Below are positions 1 through 7,668 of a stretch of DNA of 39,510 nt, in pieces. How positions within the stretch are numbered: position 1 is the first letter of the stretch; each line of letters opens with the position of its first letter. The position numbers were made by a program, and so were the translations under genes. The notes below the pieces were generated by a model. The model was not told the DNA's origin. It worked only from the letters and a program-made list of their open reading frames with translations, and did not search any database. Origin of the DNA: Alphaproteobacteria bacterium (GTDB taxonomy: Bacteria > Pseudomonadota > Alphaproteobacteria > Micavibrionales > Micavibrionaceae); the NCBI GenBank assembly GCA_007117665.1, contig SKGD01000124.1, forward strand, positions 1 through 39,510, given 5' to 3'.

Positions 1-29
1 GCACCCTGATTAGCCGGAATATCACAGTT

Positions 30-401
30 TTGGGGCGGCGCACTTCTGTCCGACTGGAGCCGGAAATGTGGGCGTCCTTGCGCGAGATTGCAAAATGCGA
101 AAATTGTAAAATCCATGATATTTGTTCGCTGATCCATCTGCGAAAGAACCCGGCAACATCTTTGACGGCGGCAATTCGTGTTTTTCTGATGCTGTATTTC
201 AGGGCGTCGTCAACCGAAGAAGGCCATAAAAAAGCCGGTCATGGCAATTTCCAGCAAATGATCAGTCGCGCGCGGATGGATGAAGGCGCTCTGGATGTCA
301 TGCGGGCGCATAAAAGCAATAGCCGTCCGGCGCATCACTCTGCTGTCTCGGTCTCTGAGTCACGGATGGCGATTAATCACGGGGCAGGCGTTACAGGTTA
401 G
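30..401 (+). CDS. ribbon-helix-helix (RHH_4 / COG4321-like) DNA-binding protein, possibly 5'-truncated by the window edge
   Basis: The RRTSVRLEPEMWASLREIA ... TSLTAAIRVFL pattern is typical of the alphaproteobacterial RHH_4 family. The ORF begins at a TTG, and the frame stays open back to base 3 with no upstream stop. Confidence 0.55.
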   Translation: MGRRTSVRLEPEMWASLREIAKCENCKIHDICSLIHLRKNPATSLTAAIRVFLMLYFRASSTEEGHKKAGHGNFQQMISRARMDEGALDVMRAHKSNSRPAHHSAVSVSESRMAINHGAGVTG

Positions 402-406
402 AAGCC

Positions 407-1354
407 TTACGCCGCCCGTCCCATTTCCAGATATTTTTCATGCCGCCGGGCGATGATTGTCTCCGTATCCCACGGGGTCATTTTCTGCAGTGCTTTTTCA
501 ATTTGCTTGCCAACGGATTCAATAGCTTCGGTTGTCTTGCGGTGAGCGCCGCCCAGCGGTTCGGAAATAATGCCGTCAACCAACCCCAGCGCGTATAAAT
601 CCTGAGCGGTGAGCTTCAGCGCGGCGGCTGCATCCCCGGCATAAGAGCCACTGCGCCAGAGAATGGAGGCACAGCCTTCGGGCGAGATCACCGAATAGAT
701 TGAGTGTTCGAGCATATAAACATGATCCGCCGCCGCGATGGCAATCGCCCCGCCGGATCCGCCTTCGCCGATAATCACCGAAACCAGCGGCGTTTTTACC
801 CGCAAGCATGTCTCAATCGATTTGGCGATGGCTTCGGCCTGCCCGCGCTCTTCTGCGCCGACCCCCGGATAAGCGCCGGCTGTATCGACCAGCGTGATCA
901 CCGGTATCTGGAAATGTTCGGCCATTTGCATCAGGCGCTGCGCCTTGCGATAGCCTTCGGGACGCGCCATGCCGAAATTATGTTTGACGCGGCTTTCCGT
1001 GTCCTTGCCTTTTTCGTGCCCCAAAATAACGACAGACTGCCCTTTGAATCGGCCAATGCCGCCGGGAAGCGCCAGATCTTCACCAAAAAGCCGATCCCCG
1101 GCCAGCGGCGTAAAATCCTCGATCAGGTGATCGATATAATCCGAGAAATGCGGGCGCTCTTGATGGCGGGCGACCTGTACTTTTTGTTGCGGGGTCAGCT
1201 TGCTGTAGATTTGTTTCAGCAAGCGATCCGCTTTTTCTTCCATGCGCGAGATTTCTTCGGCAATGTTCAGACGTGCATCACTGGATGTGTTTCTTAGCTC
1301 AGCGATTTTCGCTTCCAGCTCCAGAACAGGCTTTTCAAAATCAAGATTACTCAT
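407..1354 (-). CDS. accA: acetyl-CoA carboxylase carboxyltransferase subunit alpha
   Basis: 315-aa ORF with AccA hallmarks: FGMARPEGYRKAQRLMQMAE, IGEGGSGGAIAIA, and an N-terminal LDFEKPVLELEAKIAEL. Confidence 0.95.
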   Translation of the reverse strand: MSNLDFEKPVLELEAKIAELRNTSSDARLNIAEEISRMEEKADRLLKQIYSKLTPQQKVQVARHQERPHFSDYIDHLIEDFTPLAGDRLFGEDLALPGGIGRFKGQSVVILGHEKGKDTESRVKHNFGMARPEGYRKAQRLMQMAEHFQIPVITLVDTAGAYPGVGAEERGQAEAIAKSIETCLRVKTPLVSVIIGEGGSGGAIAIAAADHVYMLEHSIYSVISPEGCASILWRSGSYAGDAAAALKLTAQDLYALGLVDGIISEPLGGAHRKTTEAIESVGKQIEKALQKMTPWDTETIIARRHEKYLEMGRAA

Positions 1355-1398
1355 GAGATTTTCTATCGGTTGTTTCGGGAAAGTAAGACCAATAACAA

Positions 1399-1434
1399 AT
1401 CAGGCAGACAATTACAAATGATTGTCTGCCTGAT
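1399..1434 (-). terminator. probable rho-independent terminator downstream of xerD
   Basis: Perfect 14-bp stem ATCAGGCAGACAAT (1399-1412) / ATTGTCTGCCTGAT (1421-1434) with an 8-nt loop. On the minus strand it is followed by the T-rich TTTGTTATT. Confidence 0.5.
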
Positions 1435-1460
1435 GGCTGTTATTTTGATTTATATCGCGA

Positions 1461-2453
1461 TTATTTACCGCCGGAAGCCTTGGAAAGCGGGTGCTTTTCC
1501 TCGACTGTCTTTTTGGCTTTTTCATCGATGATATGCGTATAGACCTGAGTGGTCGCAATATCCGCATGCCCCAGCATTTTCTGAACCGAGCGCAGATCCG
1601 CGCCGCTGCTCAGCAGATGCGTGGCGAAAGCGTGACGCAGCACGTGCGGGCTGACCCGTCCGGCATCGACCTGTGCTTCTTCGGCCAGATCTTTCAAGAG
1701 CTGAGCGAATCGCTGGCGTGTCAAATGACCGCTTTCAGATGTTCTGGAGGGGAACAACCATTGCGCCTGTATGGCGCTTTCCTCACCGCCGATAAATTGC
1801 TTACGGATGCCAAGATAAGTCTGCAAAGCCTTTTGCGCCGGGTCTGATACCGGCACCATGCGCTCGCGGCCGCCTTTGCCGGCAACCATCAAAAACTCAT
1901 TATCTTCGCCGATTGCCGAGAGCGGCAGACCGACCAGCTCGGATACCCGCAGCCCCGTGGCATAAAGCATTTCCAAAAGGCAAACCAGACGGATGCTGTC
2001 TGAGCCGCCACCCTGACCGGCAGTCTTGATCAGAAGGCTAACCTCTGATTCGCTGAGCGTCTTGGGCAGGGTTCTTGTCTGTTTCGGGCTTTCAATCGTG
2101 GATGTCGGGTCGTCCTTGCGGATATTTTCCGACACGAGATAGCGGTAAAACTGACGCAGAGCCGACAAGCGGCGGGCGACTGTTCGGGTTGCGATTTGCG
2201 CCTTGCTGTCGCCTTTTTCGTGAATCTTGTTACCGAGATCTTTCAGATAAGACTGAATCTGGTCTGTCGATGCATCGACAATCTCACATTTGAACGTGCC
2301 TTTTGCGTAAAGGCTGAAATCGGCGAGATCACGCCAGTATGCCTGTCGCGTATTCAATGCCGCACCGCGTTCGGTGGTTAGCATATCAAGAAAAGAATCA
2401 ACCAAAGGGTGAAGCTTTGGCTTCTCTTTCGGTGGACGACCTGGACGTGCCAT
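1461..2453 (-). CDS. xerD: site-specific tyrosine recombinase XerD
   Basis: 330 aa. Catalytic C-terminus HVLRHAFATHLL ... LGHADIATTQVYTHI and an N-terminal core-binding domain (LNTRQAYWRDLADF). Confidence 0.85.
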   Translation of the reverse strand: MARPGRPPKEKPKLHPLVDSFLDMLTTERGAALNTRQAYWRDLADFSLYAKGTFKCEIVDASTDQIQSYLKDLGNKIHEKGDSKAQIATRTVARRLSALRQFYRYLVSENIRKDDPTSTIESPKQTRTLPKTLSESEVSLLIKTAGQGGGSDSIRLVCLLEMLYATGLRVSELVGLPLSAIGEDNEFLMVAGKGGRERMVPVSDPAQKALQTYLGIRKQFIGGEESAIQAQWLFPSRTSESGHLTRQRFAQLLKDLAEEAQVDAGRVSPHVLRHAFATHLLSSGADLRSVQKMLGHADIATTQVYTHIIDEKAKKTVEEKHPLSKASGGK

Positions 2454-2465
2454 TATTATTCTCCT

Positions 2466-4313
2466 TTATTGTTTACTCAAGCCCGCAAGAATCTCTACAC
2501 AGAGTGCGCGCGCTTCGTTTGTTAACCCCACTGCATTCAAACCATCCAGTATTGCGCCAAAGACATCCGCAGAGAGCTTGTTTGCGGCGGCGTTGCCGAT
2601 AATGGTGGTGCCCGATAGGACGACCGCACCTGTTGACTTGTTCCTTGTGGCGGTTGCGAGATGCTCCATCAAGCTTACAGATGGCATTACATAATCGTTT
2701 TTGCTTGTCAAGCCCTCTTGTTTTTCATAAAAGTCGCTGTCGACAATATTATGTAATTTTACAGACTTGTCAACTTTTTCGTAAATTGTTTTCAATATCG
2801 CCATATCGTGGGCACTTGGCGGTGTTTTTGAAAATTTTTTCCGCATAATATCTGTGATCATATCTGTGGATAAATCTGTATATAGCGGCAGCGCAGCAAA
2901 TAAAAGACCGTTTTCGATGTGGTCTGCGGCTGATTCGATCCATGCGGCGGTCGGCTGGTATCCGGTTTCGATCAGGATGCGCAAGGCAACTTCGACAAGT
3001 GCGGGGGGCAGTCGTTCGGGATCCGTGTCGGCAATCAGGATGGCAAAAGGCCACAAGGCAGCGCTGTCATACGATTCATGCAGCGCCAGCGCTTTTTCCA
3101 GTATGGCGGCGCGTTCTTCGCCTTTTGCAGCATCGATAATAGCGCGGTACAGATAAGGCAGGCGCTGCCATGACGCGATATTCCTGTAGGTAAGCAGGGA
3201 TGTTTTCTCGCTTTTAAAATGCTCTTCACCGAGCGCCTGATAATAGCTGACAAGCTCTTCCGGCGGGATCAGCCCGCGGCGTGCGGCTTCGATCTCCAGC
3301 GCGAGCGCCGATTCGGGCTGAAGGGTCGGGTTGCCCCGCATCAAGGTCAAAACATGAACCGGCGCTCCGCGAAACGAATCCGCAGGCATTTGCCGCAGGT
3401 CAACCCGCCCGAACGCATGCAGCGAAGCAGCCTCAAGCGGAGAGAGTGTCTTGAAATCAGCAATGCCGGATGGCCGAAAGCGGTATGATTCATCACGGAT
3501 AAGGGCTGATATGATGGTGCTGCCGGCATTTTTTGCCAAGGTTTCCCGTACGCTTGCGCCGGGTGTCTGGTGACGGCGGATGCCATAGGCACAGACCGAA
3601 TCAACTTTCTGCCAGAATATTTTATCGGTACTGCCGGTCACGTTTTCGGGGCGGTATGTTTGTGCGTCAAGGCAGGCCAGTGACGGCTCTTTTGTGTAAA
3701 GCAGCGCCAAAATGCCTGCCATGGCCATTGATTCGTGATACGGCCCTGCCGCGTGCTGGCTATATAAAGAGACGGCGCCGTGATAATCGCCCATCTGCAT
3801 CATCGCCTTGATTCGTAGTGTGGTCAGATCTCTGCCAGGTTCGGGGCGGACATCCTGCCGCGCCAGCGCAGGATTGGAACGCCCGTTCAGAACATTTTTC
3901 GACAGATTATAAAGAGATGGGAAATTATGCTGGCCGTGAAATGAGTCCAAGAGCGCGGTTATTTGCGACCGTGAACTGCCGCGCCAGATATCAATGCCCA
4001 GATAGTCAGGATCCCCGACACCCAGCGTGCCGTAAGATTCAAGCTGGGCGTAATCGACATTTGCCGGGGTCGGTGTGGCCGGTGGCGGCAGTTTAATCTC
4101 AACGGCGGCAATGGCTTGTGCGGGTGTGCGTGCGTCCGATTCATCGGGCAAAGGCGGCGGGGCGGTGCTGCGCGCGCGCGGTGATGACCCGGCCATGCGG
4201 TCATCGGCATAGGCAGGCACAGGCGAGGATAAGGCGCAAGCCAGCGAAAAACACAAAAGCGCCCCGGCAAGGCCGAAACGCGATAAACGGTCTGGTGCTC
4301 TGGCTGTCGTCAC
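2466..4313 (-). CDS. conserved secreted protein of unknown function (signal peptide, Pro/Ala-rich linker, large helical body)
   Basis: 615-aa ORF with a GTG start. It has an N-terminal hydrophobic signal (LAGALLCFSLACALSSPVPAYA) and a proline-rich tract (PPPLPDES...PPPATPTP). It occupies the xerD-aroK position, where alphaproteobacteria often carry a hypothetical protein (recalled, not searched). Confidence 0.7.
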   Translation of the reverse strand: MTTARAPDRLSRFGLAGALLCFSLACALSSPVPAYADDRMAGSSPRARSTAPPPLPDESDARTPAQAIAAVEIKLPPPATPTPANVDYAQLESYGTLGVGDPDYLGIDIWRGSSRSQITALLDSFHGQHNFPSLYNLSKNVLNGRSNPALARQDVRPEPGRDLTTLRIKAMMQMGDYHGAVSLYSQHAAGPYHESMAMAGILALLYTKEPSLACLDAQTYRPENVTGSTDKIFWQKVDSVCAYGIRRHQTPGASVRETLAKNAGSTIISALIRDESYRFRPSGIADFKTLSPLEAASLHAFGRVDLRQMPADSFRGAPVHVLTLMRGNPTLQPESALALEIEAARRGLIPPEELVSYYQALGEEHFKSEKTSLLTYRNIASWQRLPYLYRAIIDAAKGEERAAILEKALALHESYDSAALWPFAILIADTDPERLPPALVEVALRILIETGYQPTAAWIESAADHIENGLLFAALPLYTDLSTDMITDIMRKKFSKTPPSAHDMAILKTIYEKVDKSVKLHNIVDSDFYEKQEGLTSKNDYVMPSVSLMEHLATATRNKSTGAVVLSGTTIIGNAAANKLSADVFGAILDGLNAVGLTNEARALCVEILAGLSKQ

Positions 4314-4322
4314 GCTTTCCCC

Positions 4323-4466
4323 TCACGGATTGTCAAAAAAGCGGTCATTGGGGATGGTGAGTGTGATTTCACTTTGCCGGACGGGAACGTCAATAGTCGC
4401 GAAATAGGCAAAGCCTCCGCCGACGACCAGAAGAAGGATCATCATCAACAAAAATCTCAGCCTCAT
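4323..4466 (-). CDS. small single-pass membrane protein (47 aa), absent from the ORF track
   Basis: Hand translation gives MRLRFLLMMILLLVVGGGFAYFATIDVPVRQSEITLTIPNDRFFDNP. An AGGAG Shine-Dalgarno lies 5 nt upstream of the ATG. Its TGA stop lies 9 nt before the GTG start of the 615-aa gene. Confidence 0.5.
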   Translation of the reverse strand: MRLRFLLMMILLLVVGGGFAYFATIDVPVRQSEITLTIPNDRFFDNP

Positions 4467-4569
4467 GGTTTCTCCTGCTTTTTCCTGTCAGAGACAGACC
4501 CTATAAAAGCTACGCTCAAAAAGCAATGGTGAGATTGTGTTTTCCCTTATTCTGTTGCATAACCAGATC

Positions 4570-5130
4570 ATGGTAACAGACGATGTAAATTGGCTGGCGG
4601 CACAGATAAAGCCGCAGATTGACCGTCCTTTGGTGCTGGTTGGGCTGTCCGGTGCGGGCAAAAGCAAGACGGGCTACCATCTGGCGCAGGCTTTGGATCT
4701 GCCGTTCATTGATTCGGATGATGAAATTATCAAGGCCGCCGGGATGGAGATCAGCGATATTTTCGCAAAGTTCGGCGAGGCTTATTTTCGTGCCGGGGAA
4801 CGCCGCGTTCTGGCACGTTTGCTGGATGGATCCCCCAAAGTTATCGCCACAGGCGGCGGCGCGATCATGCCCCCCGAAACCGCGCAGCGTATCGCGGAAA
4901 GCGCCATTTCCATCTGGGTGCGCGCCGATATAGATATTATTGTCGCCCGTACACAAGGCCGCACTGACAGACCGCTTTTGAATAACGGCAATATACGGGA
5001 TATATTGGAAGATCTTGCAAGGAAACGCTACCCTGTGTACGAAAAGGCTGATATTGTGGTCGACAGCAATGATAGCTCGATCCGTCCGGTGATTGCGGAT
5101 ATTTTGAAAAAACTGGATGATTTCTTATAG
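4570..5130 (+). CDS. aroK: shikimate kinase
   Basis: P-loop GLSGAGKSKTG, then FIDSDDEI and GEAYFRAGERRVL. The longest ORF starts at GTG 4537; ATG 4570 gives the usual N-terminal length. Confidence 0.9.
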   Translation: MVTDDVNWLAAQIKPQIDRPLVLVGLSGAGKSKTGYHLAQALDLPFIDSDDEIIKAAGMEISDIFAKFGEAYFRAGERRVLARLLDGSPKVIATGGGAIMPPETAQRIAESAISIWVRADIDIIVARTQGRTDRPLLNNGNIRDILEDLARKRYPVYEKADIVVDSNDSSIRPVIADILKKLDDFL

Positions 5131-6304
5131 GCTCATGACGACTGATTCGCCTTCATCTTCTCAAAAACAGCCTGCCTCCGCCCCATCGCATGATGTGGTC
5201 TCGATTGATCTTGGGGCGCGTTCTTACGACATTCATATCGGCGCGGGACTATGCCGTAATATGGTGGATTACCTGCCTTTTTCCTTGCAGGGTCGCAAGA
5301 TTTTCATGGTGTCGGATTCGGCAGTGGATACGTTGCACGGCGCGGCTGTCGTCGCCGCGATCGAGGCTGCGGGCGGCACGGATATAGACAGGATCAGCAT
5401 CCCCGCCGGTGAACAAAGCAAAAGCTTTCAGACATACGAAACGCTGCTGAACCGGCTGCTGGAACAGCGCGTCAGCCGCGATTCCGTCCTGTTTGCGGTC
5501 GGGGGCGGGGTGATCGGCGATCTGGGTGGTTTTGTGGCGGCAACGATTTTACGGGGCATTCCTTTTATCCAGATTCCCACGACATTGCTGGCACAGGTTG
5601 ATAGCGCAGTTGGCGGCAAGACGGGGATCAATACGCGCCACGGAAAAAATCTGGTCGGGGCTTTTTACCAGCCCCGCGCGGTTTTGGCGGATGCCGCCAT
5701 GCTGGCGACCTTGCCTGAGCGTCAGATGCGGGCGGGTTATGCCGAGATCCTGAAATATGCCTTGATTGACGACCCGGCCTTTTTTGACTGGCTGGCGCAG
5801 CACGGCATGGCGGTGATCAAAGGTGAGGCTGATGCTTTATCCTATGCGGTGGCGCAATCATGCCGGAAAAAAGCCGCTATTGTGATTGCTGACGAGCGCG
5901 AAAAAGGCATGCGCGCCTTGTTGAATCTGGGGCATACGTTCGGCCATGCTTTCGAGGCCGCAGCCGGTTACGACGGTCGCCTGCTGCATGGTGAGGCTGT
6001 GGCGGCGGGCATGGTTTGCGCTTTTCGCCTGTCGCATCGTCTGGGGCTGTGCGCGGCGGAAGATGTGCTGCGGGTTGAACATCATTTGGCGGCGGCCGGT
6101 TTGCCGGTTGATGTCAGGGATGCCTTGTCGGGCGTCTCAACGGATGCGGCGCGGCTGTACGATATAATGACCGGTGACAAAAAAGTCGATGGCGGCCGGA
6201 TCAATTTTATCCTTGCGCGCGGGATCGGGCAGGCTTTCATCACGCCCGATGTTGAGCGCAACGATGTCATCGCAATTCTGGAACGATCCCTGAACGGAGC
6301 ATAA
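5117..6304 (+). CDS. aroB: 3-dehydroquinate synthase
   Basis: GGGVIGDLGGFVAATILRGIPFIQIPTTLLAQVDSAVGGKTGIN and LNLGHTFGHAFE motifs. It overlaps the aroK stop. An alternative start is ATG 5135. Confidence 0.93.
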   Translation: MISYRLMTTDSPSSSQKQPASAPSHDVVSIDLGARSYDIHIGAGLCRNMVDYLPFSLQGRKIFMVSDSAVDTLHGAAVVAAIEAAGGTDIDRISIPAGEQSKSFQTYETLLNRLLEQRVSRDSVLFAVGGGVIGDLGGFVAATILRGIPFIQIPTTLLAQVDSAVGGKTGINTRHGKNLVGAFYQPRAVLADAAMLATLPERQMRAGYAEILKYALIDDPAFFDWLAQHGMAVIKGEADALSYAVAQSCRKKAAIVIADEREKGMRALLNLGHTFGHAFEAAAGYDGRLLHGEAVAAGMVCAFRLSHRLGLCAAEDVLRVEHHLAAAGLPVDVRDALSGVSTDAARLYDIMTGDKKVDGGRINFILARGIGQAFITPDVERNDVIAILERSLNGA

Positions 6305-6309
6305 CATAA

Positions 6310-7596
6310 ATGGAAATCGGCTTACTGGTCACGATTCTTGCGATTTTTGCGCTGCTGCTTTTATCCGCGTTTTTCTCGGGTTCGGAAACGGCGCTGACGG
6401 CTGCTTCGCGGGCGCGTCTGCATTCTTTGGAAAAAGACGGTAATAAACGCGCGGCGCTGGTGAACAAGATCCGTTCGCGCAAGGACAGGATGATCGGCGC
6501 GCTGTTGCTGGGGAATAATCTGGTTAATATTCTGGCCTCGGCGCTGGCGACCAGCGTCCTGATCAAGCTGGTCGGCGAGGCGGGGGTTGTCTACGCGACA
6601 TTGGTGATGACGCTTCTGGTTCTGATTTTTGCCGAAGTCTTGCCCAAGACTTATGCGCTGCATTTTGCCGATAAAATGTCGATGTTTATTGCACCGGTTA
6701 TTCATCTGGTGACGATTGTCCTTGCGCCGGTGACGGAAATGATCACGCGCATTGTCCGTATGTTCTTGCGGGCGGTGGGGGTTGATTTGTCGATGGTCAG
6801 CCGCGGCAGCCACATGGAAGTCCTGCGGGGGGTGATTGAAATGCATACCGGCCCCGAAGAACAAACCAACGAACAGCGTGCGATGTTGCGGTCGATTCTG
6901 GATCTGGCTGATGTCGATGTCAGCGAAATCATGACCCACCGCAAATATGTCGGCATGATTGATGCCGCGACCCCGATGGAACAGGTCGTTGATGAATTGC
7001 TGGCCAGTCCTTACACAAGGTTGCCGGTCTGGAAGGACGATCAGGATAATATTATCGGCGTTTTGCATGTCAAAACCGTTATCAAGGAGCTGCGCGCCCA
7101 TAACGGCAAGATGAGTAAGCTGAATATCGAGGATCTGGTCGTGCCGCCATGGTTCATTCCCGAAAGCACGGTTTTGTTCGATCAGTTGCAGGAATTCCGC
7201 CAGCGCCGCGAGCATTTTGCGGTGGTGATTGATGAATATGGCAGCTTTATGGGGGTTGTGACGCTGGAGGATATTCTGGAGGAAATTGTCGGCGAGATCG
7301 AGGACGAAACCGATGAGATGGTGTCCGGTGTTCGCCGTCAGGTAAATGGGACATATCTGGTCGAAGGCGATGTGACGATTCGTGACCTGAATCGCGAGTT
7401 TGAATGGAGCTTGCCGGATGAAGATTACGCAACGATCGCCGGGCTTTTGCTGCATGAAGCGCAGACAATCCCCGATGCGGGGCAATCATTCACATTTTTT
7501 GGCTTACGGATTGATGTCGTAAAACGGCACCGGAACCAGATCACGCTGGTGCGGATCACGCCGCCAGCCGCCGAAGCAGACAAGATAGCCGGATAA
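6310..7596 (+). CDS. CNNM/DUF21 + CBS pair + CorC_HlyC transporter-associated protein (TlyC/hemolysin family)
   Basis: 428 aa. Four N-terminal TM helices (FFSGSETALT motif), a central CBS pair, and a C-terminal CorC/HlyC domain (GDVTIRDLNREFEW...TIAGLLL). Confidence 0.9.
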   Translation: MEIGLLVTILAIFALLLLSAFFSGSETALTAASRARLHSLEKDGNKRAALVNKIRSRKDRMIGALLLGNNLVNILASALATSVLIKLVGEAGVVYATLVMTLLVLIFAEVLPKTYALHFADKMSMFIAPVIHLVTIVLAPVTEMITRIVRMFLRAVGVDLSMVSRGSHMEVLRGVIEMHTGPEEQTNEQRAMLRSILDLADVDVSEIMTHRKYVGMIDAATPMEQVVDELLASPYTRLPVWKDDQDNIIGVLHVKTVIKELRAHNGKMSKLNIEDLVVPPWFIPESTVLFDQLQEFRQRREHFAVVIDEYGSFMGVVTLEDILEEIVGEIEDETDEMVSGVRRQVNGTYLVEGDVTIRDLNREFEWSLPDEDYATIAGLLLHEAQTIPDAGQSFTFFGLRIDVVKRHRNQITLVRITPPAAEADKIAG

Positions 7597-7606
7597 AGTC
7601 TCGTTC

Positions 7607-7668
7607 CTGGATGCCCGCTCAAGGCGGGCATGACAGTTGGGGGAGGCGGGTATGGCAGTTGGTTTTTT
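7607..7668. repeat. REP-like palindromic unit (copy 1) with a tandemly duplicated tail and a T-run, between convergent genes
   Basis: The 33-nt CTGGATGCCCGCTCAAGGCGGGCATGACAGTTG at 7607-7639 is identical to 26458-26490. It contains an 8-bp hairpin ATGCCCGC/GCGGGCAT. The tail GGCGGGCATGACAGTTGG (7623-7640) is repeated as GGCGGGTATGGCAGTTGG (7645-7662), followed by T6. Confidence 0.7.

Noticed and set aside
704-1297. 197-aa plus-strand ORF
   Set aside because: It is antisense to accA and has no motifs.
6361-7485. 374-aa minus-strand ORF
   Set aside because: It lies entirely antisense to the well-supported CNNM/TlyC gene. The translation is R/Q/H/N-rich low complexity with no motif. It is a typical shadow ORF of GC-rich coding DNA.
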